From the IMG/VR virus record IMGVR_UViG_3300033145_000217, positions 1 through 53,299 of that record: a DNA stretch of 53,299 nt; one strand, 5' to 3'. Source of the stretch: a virus (taxonomy: Duplodnaviria; Caudoviricetes). The translations under genes were made by a program, and so were the position numbers. The notes below the pieces were generated by a model. That model was given only the letters and a program-made list of their open reading frames with translations. It was not told where the DNA came from and ran no database searches. Below, piece by piece: positions 8,246 through 19,500 of this stretch (positions are counted from its first letter, which is position 1; every line of letters starts with the position of its first letter).

Positions 8246-10509
8246 ATATACACAATGGATTTCCAAGCGCTCTTGCTTCTGAAGTAGAAAAGGAAACAAA
8301 AGAATACGGATTACAGTTTATAAGGTCTATGTATAACAAATGGGCTGGAGCAGATGGATCGCTTTTAGATAATAGGATATTAAGGTTTGATACTTTAAGG
8401 AGTTATGCTGGCGGATATCAAGACACAGATCAATACCGAGATTTGCTCAATGTAAAAGGGGATTTATCCTTTGTAAATCTTGATTGGAGTGTTGTTCCTA
8501 TTATTCCTAAATTCGTTGACTTGATTGTAAATAGTATCACAAATTACGAATATTCCATTAAAGCTAATGCCATTGACCCTCTTTCTGTTTCAAAGAGAAA
8601 GAAAAAGGAAATGGAGATGAAAACAAAGATGCTTTCAAAGAATTTCCTTATGGGTCTTCAGGCTGAATCAGGTATCCCAATGCTTGACGATAATGAAGAG
8701 ATTGCAGAAACGGAGGATGAAATTGAATTGTTCATGCAGCTTGGATATAAACAGGCCGCAGAGATTGCTATAGAGCAGGGGCTTACGTTGGCTATGGATA
8801 TAAACGATTGGAAAGAACTTGCTAAAAGAATAGTAAGAGACCTTGTCGTTGTGGGCACTGCCTGCGTTAAGACAGAACTTGACCATCGCGGTGTTATTAT
8901 AAGATATGTAGACCCTTTATATTTCGTTAGTTCAACTCCTTTATCTCCAGATCATAAAGAAATTACTTGGGGCGGGGAACTTAGAAGAGTCACCATCAGC
9001 GCCCTGAAGGATGAGACTGGCAATCAAATTGATGACGTAGAGTGGCGTACTATAGCCGAAAGATTTAAAGGAATGCATGACAATCCAACGTCATTTAATT
9101 CGAGTCCAATAACCACATCATCAGGAACATATTTTGAATACGATAAATTTCTTATTGATGTATTTGATGGCCAATTCAAGGTTCCAAATTCCTTAAAAAC
9201 GGAAAAGAAATATAATAAATACGGTAATTATACTGTATATAAGAAAGAAGATACATATCAAGCTCCAAAGAAAAGTAAATACAAAAGAGATGTTAAGCAA
9301 ACCGATTACGAATGTAAATACTCAGGTAAATGGATTGTTGGCACTGACGTTTTATTTGACTATGGGAAAGCGAAGAATCAAATCAGAGCTAAATCAAGCC
9401 TAAGTAAAACTTACCTTGATTATATAGTATATACCCCCAATTTAAACAGGAAGATTAATCAGTCTTTTTGTGAGCGAATGATACCATTCGGTAATCAAAT
9501 CCAACTTGTCCACTTAAAGCTACAGCAAACAATCGCTAAAGCAAGACCAAAAGGCGTAGCTATTGAGGTCGGTTCAATCGAGAACATACAGAATGGTAAG
9601 GGCGGAACGTTCTCTTCTCTTGAAGTTATTGATATATATGATCAAACTGGTAATTATTTCTTTAGGTATATTGATGATGATGGGCTTCCGAATCAAGCAA
9701 AGCCAATAGCGGAACTTGAAGGTGGGGTAGGGGGAGCTATCAATGAGTTACTTGTAGAATATGATCATAATTTACGCATGTTACGTGATGTATCCGGCAT
9801 CAATGAGGCCAGAGAAGGCAGTATGCCCGATAAGGATTCGGTAGTTGGCGTTGCTAAAATGAACCTTATTGCATCTAATACCGCAACCAAGGGTATTCAT
9901 GATGCATATCTTAATCTATATAAAAGAACTGCTGAGGCGGCAGTGTTAATGATACAAGACCTCGTTTATTATGGTAAACCATATAAGGGATATGTTGGAG
10001 CTATAGGGCAGCATGCTATGGATGTACTCGAAGTATCTAAGGATGTTTCTTTATATGAATTTGGCATAAGTATTGAAGCTGCCCCAGATGAGCGAGAAAG
10101 ACAACAATTAGAGTTCGATATGCGTTCAGCGATAGATCAAAAAGAACTTAGACCTGAGGATGCGTCTATGATTCGTTCTATTAAGAATACTAAGCTTGCA
10201 AATCAGTATATGTTACAAAGGAGAAAGAAATATATGCAAGAGCAAGCCGAAGCTGCTCATAATCAAGCTGTAGATAATGCAGAACAACAAGCTAAAGGCG
10301 CTCAGGCAGCAGCGCAAGCCAAAATACAGGAAGCTCAAGCGTTAAGCGAATTTAAGATGAAAGAGAAAGAACACGAAACACGATTGACTTCTGAAATAAA
10401 TAGACAACTACATGAACAAAAAATGGAACAAATAGCTTTATTAAATGAAGGTAAAGTAGATGTGGTTGAAGCTCAACCAGAAGGTGAAAATAATTCATTT
10501 GAAAAATAA
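8242..10509 (+). CDS. Portal protein
   Basis: 755 aa following TerL. LDWSVVPIIPKFVD, YVDP and RDVSGINEAREG segments resemble Bacteroidota podovirus portals; Q/A-rich C-terminal barrel helix. Confidence 0.85.
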   Translation: MNIHNGFPSALASEVEKETKEYGLQFIRSMYNKWAGADGSLLDNRILRFDTLRSYAGGYQDTDQYRDLLNVKGDLSFVNLDWSVVPIIPKFVDLIVNSITNYEYSIKANAIDPLSVSKRKKKEMEMKTKMLSKNFLMGLQAESGIPMLDDNEEIAETEDEIELFMQLGYKQAAEIAIEQGLTLAMDINDWKELAKRIVRDLVVVGTACVKTELDHRGVIIRYVDPLYFVSSTPLSPDHKEITWGGELRRVTISALKDETGNQIDDVEWRTIAERFKGMHDNPTSFNSSPITTSSGTYFEYDKFLIDVFDGQFKVPNSLKTEKKYNKYGNYTVYKKEDTYQAPKKSKYKRDVKQTDYECKYSGKWIVGTDVLFDYGKAKNQIRAKSSLSKTYLDYIVYTPNLNRKINQSFCERMIPFGNQIQLVHLKLQQTIAKARPKGVAIEVGSIENIQNGKGGTFSSLEVIDIYDQTGNYFFRYIDDDGLPNQAKPIAELEGGVGGAINELLVEYDHNLRMLRDVSGINEAREGSMPDKDSVVGVAKMNLIASNTATKGIHDAYLNLYKRTAEAAVLMIQDLVYYGKPYKGYVGAIGQHAMDVLEVSKDVSLYEFGISIEAAPDERERQQLEFDMRSAIDQKELRPEDASMIRSIKNTKLANQYMLQRRKKYMQEQAEAAHNQAVDNAEQQAKGAQAAAQAKIQEAQALSEFKMKEKEHETRLTSEINRQLHEQKMEQIALLNEGKVDVVEAQPEGENNSFEK

Positions 10510-10520
10510 TTATCGAAAAG

Positions 10521-10552
10521 TTTGGTAAATCGAAAAATTATTTGTATCTTTG
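10521..10552 (+). promoter_or_regulatory. Bacteroidota-type promoter for scaffold-capsid operon
   Basis: TTTG 10521-10524, 20-bp spacer, TATCTTTG 10545-10552. Confidence 0.8.
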
Positions 10553-10578
10553 TATTACTTAAATTAAATTAACAAATT

Positions 10579-11637
10579 ATGATCGTTGAGAACGAAATGA
10601 CTAAACTGCTTGGTTTTACACCAGCAGAGGAAGAAGTACCGGAAGTACCGGAAGTACCGGAAGTACCGGAAGTACCGGAAGTACCGGAAACACCGGAAAC
10701 ACCGGAAGTGCCAGAAGTACCAGAAACACCGGAAGTACCGGAAGTACCGGAAGTACCGGAAGTACCGGAAAAGGTTCTCTTGGCAGAAAACAAAGATATT
10801 AAACCTTTAGACTTCGATCAAAGTTTATCGGAAAAGAGTGGCGGAAGATTTAAAACTTACGCCGATATAGAGGCCGCAATTACAGACGCAGGAGAAAACG
10901 CTTTCGCAACCGATATGGTAAAAAAGCTAAATGAATATGTTAAAAGCGGTGGAAGAACAGATGACTTCCTAAAGACTCAGACTACTAATTTCAAAGAAAT
11001 GAGTGATCTTGAGGCAATTCGGGAACAGTCTATTTTAGAGAATGACGGATTAACCGTCGAAGAAATCAATCTGTTGATTGAAGATGATTATGGGGTAAGT
11101 AAGGATGCAACCGATAAGGTAAAAGCTCTTGCTAGTATCAAAATCAAAAGAGCTGGCGAAGCAGCCAGAAAAGAGTTAGTAAAATATCAAGACAAGTGGG
11201 CTGTTGCTCCTGAACAAACTAGAGAGGATCGTAACGCAGCTTCGCAAAAAGATGTTGAATTATGGAAAAATGAATTATCTGATGCTGTTGATGCAAATGA
11301 AGACATTTCATTTAAGATAGGAGAGGATGATTTTAAATTTGTACCTTCAACTGAAGCGAAGAATATAGTTAAGGAAGGTCATGATCTCAATAAATTTTGG
11401 GATAGGTACAAAGGAGAAGATGGAAAATATGATGTAAATAAATTTGTAAAGGAACGATATATTCTGAACAATTTTGAAGAAATCAAATCAGCCATTGTAA
11501 CTTTTGCCAAAGGACAAGGTACTCAAGATGTAGTTAACGACCTTAAGAACGTTGACCTTATCGGAAAAGACGATAAAAGTGGAGGCGAAACAGGAATTTC
11601 AGTCTTAGACCAAATTGGGAATGCATTATTCTCATAA
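10579..11637 (+). CDS. Acidic head scaffolding/assembly protein with N-terminal (E-V/T-P)15 repeat
   Basis: Lies between portal and MCP; acidic, helical, low-complexity N-terminus. Confidence 0.65.
   Translation: MIVENEMTKLLGFTPAEEEVPEVPEVPEVPEVPEVPETPETPEVPEVPETPEVPEVPEVPEVPEKVLLAENKDIKPLDFDQSLSEKSGGRFKTYADIEAAITDAGENAFATDMVKKLNEYVKSGGRTDDFLKTQTTNFKEMSDLEAIREQSILENDGLTVEEINLLIEDDYGVSKDATDKVKALASIKIKRAGEAARKELVKYQDKWAVAPEQTREDRNAASQKDVELWKNELSDAVDANEDISFKIGEDDFKFVPSTEAKNIVKEGHDLNKFWDRYKGEDGKYDVNKFVKERYILNNFEEIKSAIVTFAKGQGTQDVVNDLKNVDLIGKDDKSGGETGISVLDQIGNALFS
10633..10767 (+). repeat. 9-bp coding tandem repeat (GAAGTACCG and variants) x15
   Basis: EVP x6, ETP x2, EVP x2, ETP, EVP x4 read directly from the sequence. 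Confidence 0.95.
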
Positions 11638-11661
11638 TAAACTTTAAAAAAACAGAACAAA

Positions 11662-13116
11662 ATGGCATATTATAGCGCAACTCCGAGTTCAGCTCAGGTT
11701 GTAACAAACGAAAACTATGTCTCTACGGTTAATTACCTTAAAGACATTCACAAGCCAGAAGTAGACCCTACTTTCGTGGCACGCTTTGGCGATCAAGGCA
11801 TCTCAGGACTCATGGACATGATGGGTAACAAGAGAGCTGTATCTCAAAGCAGCTTTACTCACTTCGAGGAAGATAGGGTTCATCAAACAATCACTATTGA
11901 TACCGACGCTGATACTAAAGCAATTACAGGTGGTTATCAAATTCAAATTGATGCATCTGCATATACCGCAAGTGCGTCCTATTCCCCAATCAGACTTAAT
12001 AACATTATTGAGTTTGAAAACGGAGAAGTAGGACTTGTAGCGGCACTCTCTGTTAATGGGGCAGCATTTACTAATGTGCCCGGTTATACAGCTGGCTCAA
12101 CTCCTGCAACCCCAGCCACTGGGCTTATTTTTGCACAAGTATTGACCTATTCTGGTACTGCAACTGATGTTGCTAATATTCCCGGTGTAGCTATCATTAC
12201 TGGTACAGAATTTGCTGAAGGAACAGACCAACCTAAAGGTATGACTCCAAACATAATCAAGTACGATAACAGCGTAATGATTATCAAAGAATCTTACGAA
12301 GTTACTGGTTCTGAAGCAACCAACATGACTTGGATGAAGATTATTGATCCTAAATCTGGAGAATCTGGATACCTTTGGTATATGAAAGGTGAAACAGATA
12401 CCTACCAAAAATTCAATGACTATATGGAACTTCAAATGCTTAACGGTGAAAAAGTAGCCGCAGCAGCAACAGTTCTATCGGGAATTGGAATGAGGGGTAC
12501 TGAAGGTCTTATTGACTTTGCAAAAAGTGGTAACGCGATTCCTTACACAACTTCTTTTGGTGTAGCGGACTTCCGTACAACTACTATTGCCCTTGATAAG
12601 AACAAAGGAGCGATGGAGAACACTTGCTGGTCAGGTTTATCAGTTAGTTTAGACATTGACGATAACTTCCGTGATTATTTCGGTGGTTCTACTAATAACG
12701 GTGGAGCTTCTTTCGGAATTTTCGAAGGTGGAGCTGAAAAGGCTGTTCAAATGGGATTCAAATCTTTCCAATACGGGGGATACACTTTCCACAAGAAGTC
12801 TTACAAGGCGTTCAATGATACTACACTCTTAGGTTTCGAAGACTCTGCAAGCGCAGACTCTAAGTATCGTACCGCGATGCTAGTCGTACCGGGAGATAGT
12901 CAAACAGATGCTAAATCTCGTGAAAGTATTCCTTCTCTGAGTATTCGTTACAAAGAAGCAGGAGACTATTCAAGGGAAATGGAACACTGGTTAACAGGTA
13001 GTGCAGTTCTACAGAACAAAACAAGTGGAGAAGACGTTCTGAAGTCCAACTATCGTACAGAACGCGGTTTCGAGGGATTTGCAAATAACCGTTATGCTTG
13101 GATTACTAAAGCGTAA
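11662..13116 (+). CDS. Major capsid protein
   Basis: 484 aa after the scaffold and followed by a strong terminator. GTEFAEGT, IIKESYEVTGS, GYLWY, GTEGL and GFKSFQYGGYTF fit Bacteroidota podovirus HK97-type MCPs. Confidence 0.85.
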   Translation: MAYYSATPSSAQVVTNENYVSTVNYLKDIHKPEVDPTFVARFGDQGISGLMDMMGNKRAVSQSSFTHFEEDRVHQTITIDTDADTKAITGGYQIQIDASAYTASASYSPIRLNNIIEFENGEVGLVAALSVNGAAFTNVPGYTAGSTPATPATGLIFAQVLTYSGTATDVANIPGVAIITGTEFAEGTDQPKGMTPNIIKYDNSVMIIKESYEVTGSEATNMTWMKIIDPKSGESGYLWYMKGETDTYQKFNDYMELQMLNGEKVAAAATVLSGIGMRGTEGLIDFAKSGNAIPYTTSFGVADFRTTTIALDKNKGAMENTCWSGLSVSLDIDDNFRDYFGGSTNNGGASFGIFEGGAEKAVQMGFKSFQYGGYTFHKKSYKAFNDTTLLGFEDSASADSKYRTAMLVVPGDSQTDAKSRESIPSLSIRYKEAGDYSREMEHWLTGSAVLQNKTSGEDVLKSNYRTERGFEGFANNRYAWITKA

Positions 13117-13127
13117 TTATTCTATAC

Positions 13128-13163
13128 AGCAGGAGGGCTTCGGCCTTCTTGCTTTTTCTTTTT
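13128..13163 (+). terminator. Rho-independent terminator after MCP
   Basis: AGCAGGAGGG-C-TTCG-G-CCTTCTTGCT hairpin (C-UUCG-G loop) followed by a T tract. Confidence 0.9.
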
Positions 13164-13191
13164 AAGTAAACTCAATTTAATTATATATAAT

Positions 13192-14001
13192 ATGAATAAA
13201 TCAATTAACATTGGTTCCAACGCAGGCGTTGTGAAGCCAATAATTTTCAAACTTACACACAAAAATAACAGTCCAGCAACAGAGGGAAGGTTTTATCCCG
13301 GAATACAAGGAGTACCATCGGAAGATGTAATTTTTGATTCAGTTAGTAAAAAAACAATTCCAATTCGATTCTCTGCTAATGAGGAATCAATCGTGAAGAA
13401 AGAGCAGCCCACATATGTGGAGTTAACTAATATTATGTTCACAAATGGTTCGCTTCGGGTATATGAAGATCAGCCTAATCTACTTAAGTATTTAAGGTCT
13501 TGTAATTGGAATAAAAGTAATAAGAACAGGGTTAAAGGTAAAGCCCATATCTTTTACGAGTATAACCCAGAAGCAGTAGCGGCGCAAGCAATCGAAGACG
13601 AGGAACTTGAAATTGATGCACGACACGCAGCTAAAACTATGGACTTTGACGATCTTCTGTCATTGGCTATTGGAGTTGGAATGAACACAGATAGATCGGC
13701 TAAAGAGGTAAGGCATGATATGATGCAGTTTGCTAAAGCCAAACCAAGAGAATTTCTCGAAGCGATGGATGATCCTAAAGTCAAAAGACGAGTAGAAATA
13801 CTTGAAGCTATTGAACTTGGTATTCTAAGAAAAGAACAGAGGGCTATTTATATAAAGGAAACTCTGGGGGACGTGTCAATTCACGTTGTTCCGGTAGGGC
13901 AAGATCCACTTCTGAGTTTTGTAGAAGCTACACTATCAACTAAAGAGGGAGAAGACGCTTGGAAAAAAGTAGAAAAAAAGCGCAAGAAACTTCTAGGGTA
14001 A
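13192..14001 (+). CDS. Hypothetical head-associated/structural-module protein
   Basis: Position after MCP; 269 aa; no catalytic motif recognised. Confidence 0.5.
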   Translation: MNKSINIGSNAGVVKPIIFKLTHKNNSPATEGRFYPGIQGVPSEDVIFDSVSKKTIPIRFSANEESIVKKEQPTYVELTNIMFTNGSLRVYEDQPNLLKYLRSCNWNKSNKNRVKGKAHIFYEYNPEAVAAQAIEDEELEIDARHAAKTMDFDDLLSLAIGVGMNTDRSAKEVRHDMMQFAKAKPREFLEAMDDPKVKRRVEILEAIELGILRKEQRAIYIKETLGDVSIHVVPVGQDPLLSFVEATLSTKEGEDAWKKVEKKRKKLLG

Positions 14002-14022
14002 TCGTTTGATAAACTTATATAC

Positions 14023-14054
14023 AGAAGGGGTGTAAAATTACATCCCTTTTTTTT
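14023..14054 (+). terminator. Rho-independent terminator
   Basis: AAGGGGTGTAA...TTACATCCCTT hairpin followed by a T run. Confidence 0.85.
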
Positions 14055-14061
14055 GTTTTAA

Positions 14062-14093
14062 TTTGGTATTGTGAATTATTTTTAGTATATTTG
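14062..14093 (+). promoter_or_regulatory. Bacteroidota-type promoter for membrane-protein and tail operon
   Basis: TTTG 14062-14065, 20-bp spacer, TATATTTG 14086-14093. Confidence 0.8.
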
Positions 14094-14130
14094 CAAATAA
14101 GCTGTGGAAATGATTTTATAACAAAATATT

Positions 14131-14388
14131 ATGGGAGAAATAATGAAGAGTGAGATGAGATTACCGTCATGGGCAGTGACAGTATTGGTGACAATAATAA
14201 TGACAATGATGGGCCTCTTACTTAACGCCAGCACTAGAGTTGCTAAAGTGGAATCATGTTCAGAAACTAATAAGGCAAATATAGATTATCTCAATGAACA
14301 TAAAGCTAATCAAGAAAAAATGGAAGACACTTATAATGCTGTATTAAGGTTGGAAAAGAAATTCGATAATTATGCCAAAGAAAATTAG
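14131..14388 (+). CDS. Single-TM plus coiled-coil membrane protein (holin/antiholin-like)
   Basis: WAVTVLVTIIMTMMGLLL hydrophobic helix followed by a charged coiled coil. Confidence 0.45.
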   Translation: MGEIMKSEMRLPSWAVTVLVTIIMTMMGLLLNASTRVAKVESCSETNKANIDYLNEHKANQEKMEDTYNAVLRLEKKFDNYAKEN

Positions 14389-14602
14389 AAAAATAGGCTT
14401 TCTTGAAGAAGCGGAAGGCGTAGCGAGTTCGATAAGATTAATATTCACGATAGGATCATTTTGGAATATGGTAGTATGCACGTACCTAGTTCTTACGGGA
14501 GCTGGATATTTAGCTTTAATAGCTACATTCACGACAGTAGAAAGCGCTTTACTTGGTATGAAACTAGGCCAAAAGCATATGGAAACAACAAATTATAAAT
14601 AA
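14372..14602 (+). CDS. Two-TM small membrane protein, holin candidate
   Basis: 76 aa; SSIRL followed by two hydrophobic helices and a basic tail (K..QK). Confidence 0.5.
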   Translation: MPKKIRKIGFLEEAEGVASSIRLIFTIGSFWNMVVCTYLVLTGAGYLALIATFTTVESALLGMKLGQKHMETTNYK

Positions 14603-15234
14603 TGGGAGCTTTAAGCGTAGATAAAGTATTCAGATTTGTACAATTCGTAGCAAATAAAGAGTCTCGCGGTTGGGTCTCTCCTGATGAATTTAACATTTCG
14701 GCAGAACTTGCTCAGATAGCAGTATATAGTAGGTTAGAGAATTATTTCCTTGTCAACAAGAAGGTACATAGCGACATGCGACCATTCTTATCATATGCTA
14801 CGATTGCAGATGCAACTCCAAGAGTTTTCCCCATTGATTTTAGACAATTGATTGGGGGTAGGGTTATAGGATCAAACATTGAGGTTCCTGAATTAACACA
14901 AGCTGAATTAAACCCACTTTTAAATAGTTCATTTTTAGCTCCTTCAGATGCACACCCGAAATGTGTAGTAAGGAATGATGGAATACAAATCTATCCAAGT
15001 ACAATGGTGACCGATATAAGTATCGAGTATGTTTCTAAATTATCAACAGCGCCACTTTGGAATTATACCACAGCAAGTAGTAGGCCAATATATGATGAGT
15101 CAGGATCAATTCAATTTGAGTTTGAGGATAATCTGTTTCAAGAGATAGCAATGTATATATTGGCTAATATAGGTATGAACTTAAAAGAAGAATCAGTTAC
15201 GCAATACGGAATGGCATTTAACGGACAAAAATAA
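14602..15234 (+). CDS. Tail ring/adaptor protein
   Basis: NKESRGWVSPDEFN..AQ N-terminal motif resembles crAss-like ring proteins; position in the tail module. Confidence 0.6.
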   Translation: MGALSVDKVFRFVQFVANKESRGWVSPDEFNISAELAQIAVYSRLENYFLVNKKVHSDMRPFLSYATIADATPRVFPIDFRQLIGGRVIGSNIEVPELTQAELNPLLNSSFLAPSDAHPKCVVRNDGIQIYPSTMVTDISIEYVSKLSTAPLWNYTTASSRPIYDESGSIQFEFEDNLFQEIAMYILANIGMNLKEESVTQYGMAFNGQK

Positions 15235-15854
15235 TGGCAACAAGCAAGAAACAAATAGCTGAGCAAGCAATGAGAATCCTCTCAGGAGGTCATCTAAAGC
15301 CCGACAGGACGATTGATATACGAGAGGTGATGCTGAACCTAGATCAGGTCAGAGATGAGCTTGTAAGGGAGTCTACAAAGAATAATATTAAATTGGGCGC
15401 ATATAAAGTAGATGATGATTACTTAACATTCACGGATGTATTAACAGTATCGGCTGCTGGAGTAAATGGATTAAAATTTATAACTATTACCACTGACATT
15501 ATATCTCTTCCTTTTGGATTAGGTTTGTATCAAGTGTCTCCAATTGATGATTTAGAAAATATTTTTCATATAACCGAACCGGGTGCCGTAGGGATGTATT
15601 CTGGAAGTCAGGCGTTAGAAAATAGCGGTATAGTTTACTGTTGGAAAATCGGTGATGTTGTATATTTTAAGAATCTTCCAGCAGCCATTACAGAAGTGGT
15701 CGCCATGATTGCTGCAAGTTCAAGGGAGATAGGTGAACTTGATTCTTTTCCAGTACCGCCAGATGTGGAAGATTTACTACTTAAGAGATTATTAGCTACA
15801 TTTGGAATCGAACAACAACAACCTCATGATGAAATCGAGGATGGTATAAAATAA
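15234..15854 (+). CDS. Tail ring/connector protein
   Basis: Translationally coupled within a run of ~200-aa tail genes; C-terminal FPVPPD..D.L pattern. Confidence 0.5.
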   Translation: MATSKKQIAEQAMRILSGGHLKPDRTIDIREVMLNLDQVRDELVRESTKNNIKLGAYKVDDDYLTFTDVLTVSAAGVNGLKFITITTDIISLPFGLGLYQVSPIDDLENIFHITEPGAVGMYSGSQALENSGIVYCWKIGDVVYFKNLPAAITEVVAMIAASSREIGELDSFPVPPDVEDLLLKRLLATFGIEQQQPHDEIEDGIK

Positions 15855-15859
15855 TAAAT

Positions 15860-16558
15860 ATGTATATATCAGTAGACCAAATAGTTACAAACTTGATTGC
15901 AGAACAGGGTCACCTTACAACCCATGATCATTTAAGGCTATTACATATAGCCAATAGAGGTTTAAAGGAATTAACGTTCGATATATTAGGTTCTACTAAA
16001 GTAGTGAATCTAACTACGGATAGCTCTTTACGCGTAGACCTTCCTGATGACTTCTTAGATTATATATTCATAGGGATTATTAATAATGACTATATACTTG
16101 AGACATTGGGTGCAAGTGATGAAATTCCTTTAGTTGGAGATGTAAATGATTTAACTAATTTTGACGAAAAGTATTATTCCTTTAATGGAGGCTTATTCGG
16201 AGTTGGCGGAGGGCAAAATGATAATGGATATTATTCACCGAATATTGACATAGAAAATAATCAGCTTGTATTGTCATCCTTTGAAGTAGGATCAACTATA
16301 TATCTTAAATACATATCTGATGGTAGAGCTACAGATGGTTTAACCGTTATTCATCCATATGCTGAAGAAGCTTTAATGTCTTGGATTTACTGGAAATCTA
16401 TTCAAAGGAGTAGGCACTTCGCTCAAAGCGAAAAACAAGCCGCCAGAGCAGATTATTATAATGATAAAAGATTAGCAAAAGCAAGGTTGAAGTCTTTCAC
16501 AAAAGAAGAGGCTCTACAGCAGTTCAGAAAATCATTTAAGCAATCCCCTAAACTCTAA
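15860..16558 (+). CDS. Tail ring/tubular protein
   Basis: VDLPDDFLDY, LKYISDG and IHPYAEEAL..WI patterns; precedes the muzzle-like gene. Confidence 0.55.
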   Translation: MYISVDQIVTNLIAEQGHLTTHDHLRLLHIANRGLKELTFDILGSTKVVNLTTDSSLRVDLPDDFLDYIFIGIINNDYILETLGASDEIPLVGDVNDLTNFDEKYYSFNGGLFGVGGGQNDNGYYSPNIDIENNQLVLSSFEVGSTIYLKYISDGRATDGLTVIHPYAEEALMSWIYWKSIQRSRHFAQSEKQAARADYYNDKRLAKARLKSFTKEEALQQFRKSFKQSPKL

Positions 16559-16561
16559 AGA

Positions 16562-19500
16562 ATGTCACAAATATCTGATATAAAAATATTTAATAAGGGA
16601 ATGAATAAAGACGTAGACGCTAGGGCTTTGCAGCCCGGTGAATATGTGGATGCTCAAAACTTCATGAATTCGAACTATGCCGACTCAGCAGTGGATGTTG
16701 CAACGAATTATAATGGCGTATACGATCATGAAGTTGGCGTTGGTGCTGATCGTATACTTGGATTATTTAAAGATAATTTTAATGATGATTTGTACTATTT
16801 CATTGCTGGTATTGCTGGTGTTGATAGGATTTCAAAATTTACTCTGTCCACAAATACGGTATCGGATATTGTTTCAAGTTCATTTTTGGGATTCACAACA
16901 AATACTGTTATTAAATCATTGATTGTTACTCAAGGAATCCTTATCTGGACTGATGGTGAAAATGAGATTGGTATGTATGACACAAATGTTACATACGGAA
17001 CTTTAACCGCCGATATGCTTACATTAGCGCAAGTCACACCGCTCGAAGCACCATTATTAATTTTGGAGTCAGATACAACTTATCGAACAAATAATATTAC
17101 CGGAAAGTTTTTTCAGTTTAAATATAGGTTTATCTTTAAAAATAAAATGAAATCGCTATTCTCGCCTATTAGTGATGTTGCGTATTCTATAGACGATTAC
17201 ACAGACCCAGTATTACTTGCTGGCGTTTCAAGTACCGTAAACGCTATTAATATTTACATGAGTGGTGCAAATTCTAACGGACTCGTTGAATCTATAGAGA
17301 TAGCGGCGCGATCAGGCAACGATGGCGACTTTTTTATTATAAAAGAAATAGATGTTGACTCAACATTTTTAGACGGTGGATATCAAGTATATAAGTTCTT
17401 TAATGACGGATTATATCCTTCTATATCGCTAGAGGAGTCAAATCAAATATCAGATGACATTCCGAAAACTGCTGGGACTTTAGTGTTTTCAAATAATAGG
17501 ATAATAACTGGAAATAATCGAATTGGATTTTATGATGTTGATGTAGATTATGATTTAGAGGTAATTTATGCTGATGCATCGGCTGGTGGAGTTAAGAGAA
17601 TAGATACGAGTGTTCTTTCGCCGGGTAATACTAGGTTAGGGATGAATAATGTTGGTGAGTTTACTACATTAATGAATGCTCAATTCGGTTTACCATCTAA
17701 GGGTGATATAGTTACCGTTTCCGGTAAAAGCGTCACAGGTGGCGGCGTTCCTAACGATTACTCGTATCCATTTGGTTATGTAATATATAATGTTCAATTT
17801 GGGGATTCTTGGGATACAGTCTACACGGCTTTTACGACACCCGAATGGTACCAATCATATCCAGATAGATTCATGTCAATTGAAGAGATTAGTACAAATA
17901 ACGCACCACCAAGTACAGGTAACGATGCGTTTATTATTACATCCACAACTGGTTCTCATGAAAAGACATTTAAGAGTGGAGCATGGTATAATGTAGGTCT
18001 TCAATATCAAGATAAGTACGGAAGAACTAATGGAGTGCAAACTCAGAAAGAGTCGAAAGTTTATATTAAAACATTAGGAGAGAGGAATTTAACAGCGGGA
18101 TCATATGTAGACGCAGGAGCCGCAACTATTAAGGTTACTATAAATAACGCAATGCCCTCATGGGCGGAGTCTGTAAAGGTTGTGTATTCAAGGGCCAATG
18201 TATATGATCAGTCTATACAGATCGCCACGAGAGGTGCTGCTAATCAGGTTGGTTCTGATGTAAACGTAGTCCTTGATATTGGCTCTATTGCTGAATGGAA
18301 TAATAATAACGGTGGGAATCTTGGGTATGTTTGGGAGAAAGGAGATAAGATAAGAGTACTTACAGCAACGTATTCCACTCCATCCGCCCCGGAAGATAAT
18401 CTTACGGATTGGGCTAGGGGATTAATGGAGGCTGAGATTGTTGGCGTAGAGCCTACCGGGGGCGTGACTACCGGTGGGTATGCTATTGTAATACCATCAT
18501 TAGATGGACTTGACCAGTCTGAAACGAGAGGGTTTCTTGCTAATGGTTCTATAATAGAGATATTTAGACCAAGTAAAGAACTTGAAACGTCTCAGTCTAT
18601 TTATACCGAAGCAAGCTTTATTCTCGATTCGGATATAATTATAACTGGTGATGCTTACTTAAAGAGCCGTTATAACTTTCCATACTCGAATGGCTCTGAT
18701 GTATATGATATAATATTTGAAAGTTATGATATATCAGACTATTCAGATTCAGAGCATTATGATAAGGGAAGACCTACGGCAATTATAAATCAAGAGGAGA
18801 GTCAAAGAATAGCTACATTAATGTATTCTGAGGTGATTATTCCAAATACGGATATAAATAAGTTAAACCGTTTTTATTCAGATAAGAATTACGAAGAATA
18901 CGATAAGAACTTCGGTTCAATTATTCACCTCCATAACGAAGGAGATCATATTCTCATGATGCAACAGGACAAAGTGTCTAAAGTATATGTTGATAAGTCC
19001 GTTATGTATGACGGAAAAGGTAACAATCAGATACTTAGCACACAAAAGAGAGTCCTGTCTGAAGCTGTTCAGTATTCTGGAATATATGGAATACACGATT
19101 ATAGATCATTCCAAGCTATTGGGAATAGACGCTACTGGCTTGACGCATCTCGCGGTGTAGTCTTGAGATTGGCAGCAAATGGTATCGAAGAGATTTCCAG
19201 ATACGGCATGAGGGGTTGGTTCTCAAATGCATGTAAAAGTTTACTCCAAATTTCTAATAAAGCTGTATATGGTATTTATGATATCAATAATGATGCGTAC
19301 ATAATTTCATTTGATAATGAATGTAAGGTTCTTTCGTTTGATGAAAAGGATAATAAGTGGACTACATTTATAACTTTATTCAAGCCTAAGTATTCATCGT
19401 ATATTAATAATAGGACATTCTTTATTCAGACAGATGACCTGTTCGAGATGAACTATGTAGGCATAGATAAAAACATAAAAAGTAATTCAAGTGGCGCGTT

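Noticed and set aside
10569-10810. Alternative-frame ORFs with SGT and RKY repeats
   Set aside because: Shadows of the stop-free 9-bp tandem repeat in the scaffold gene.
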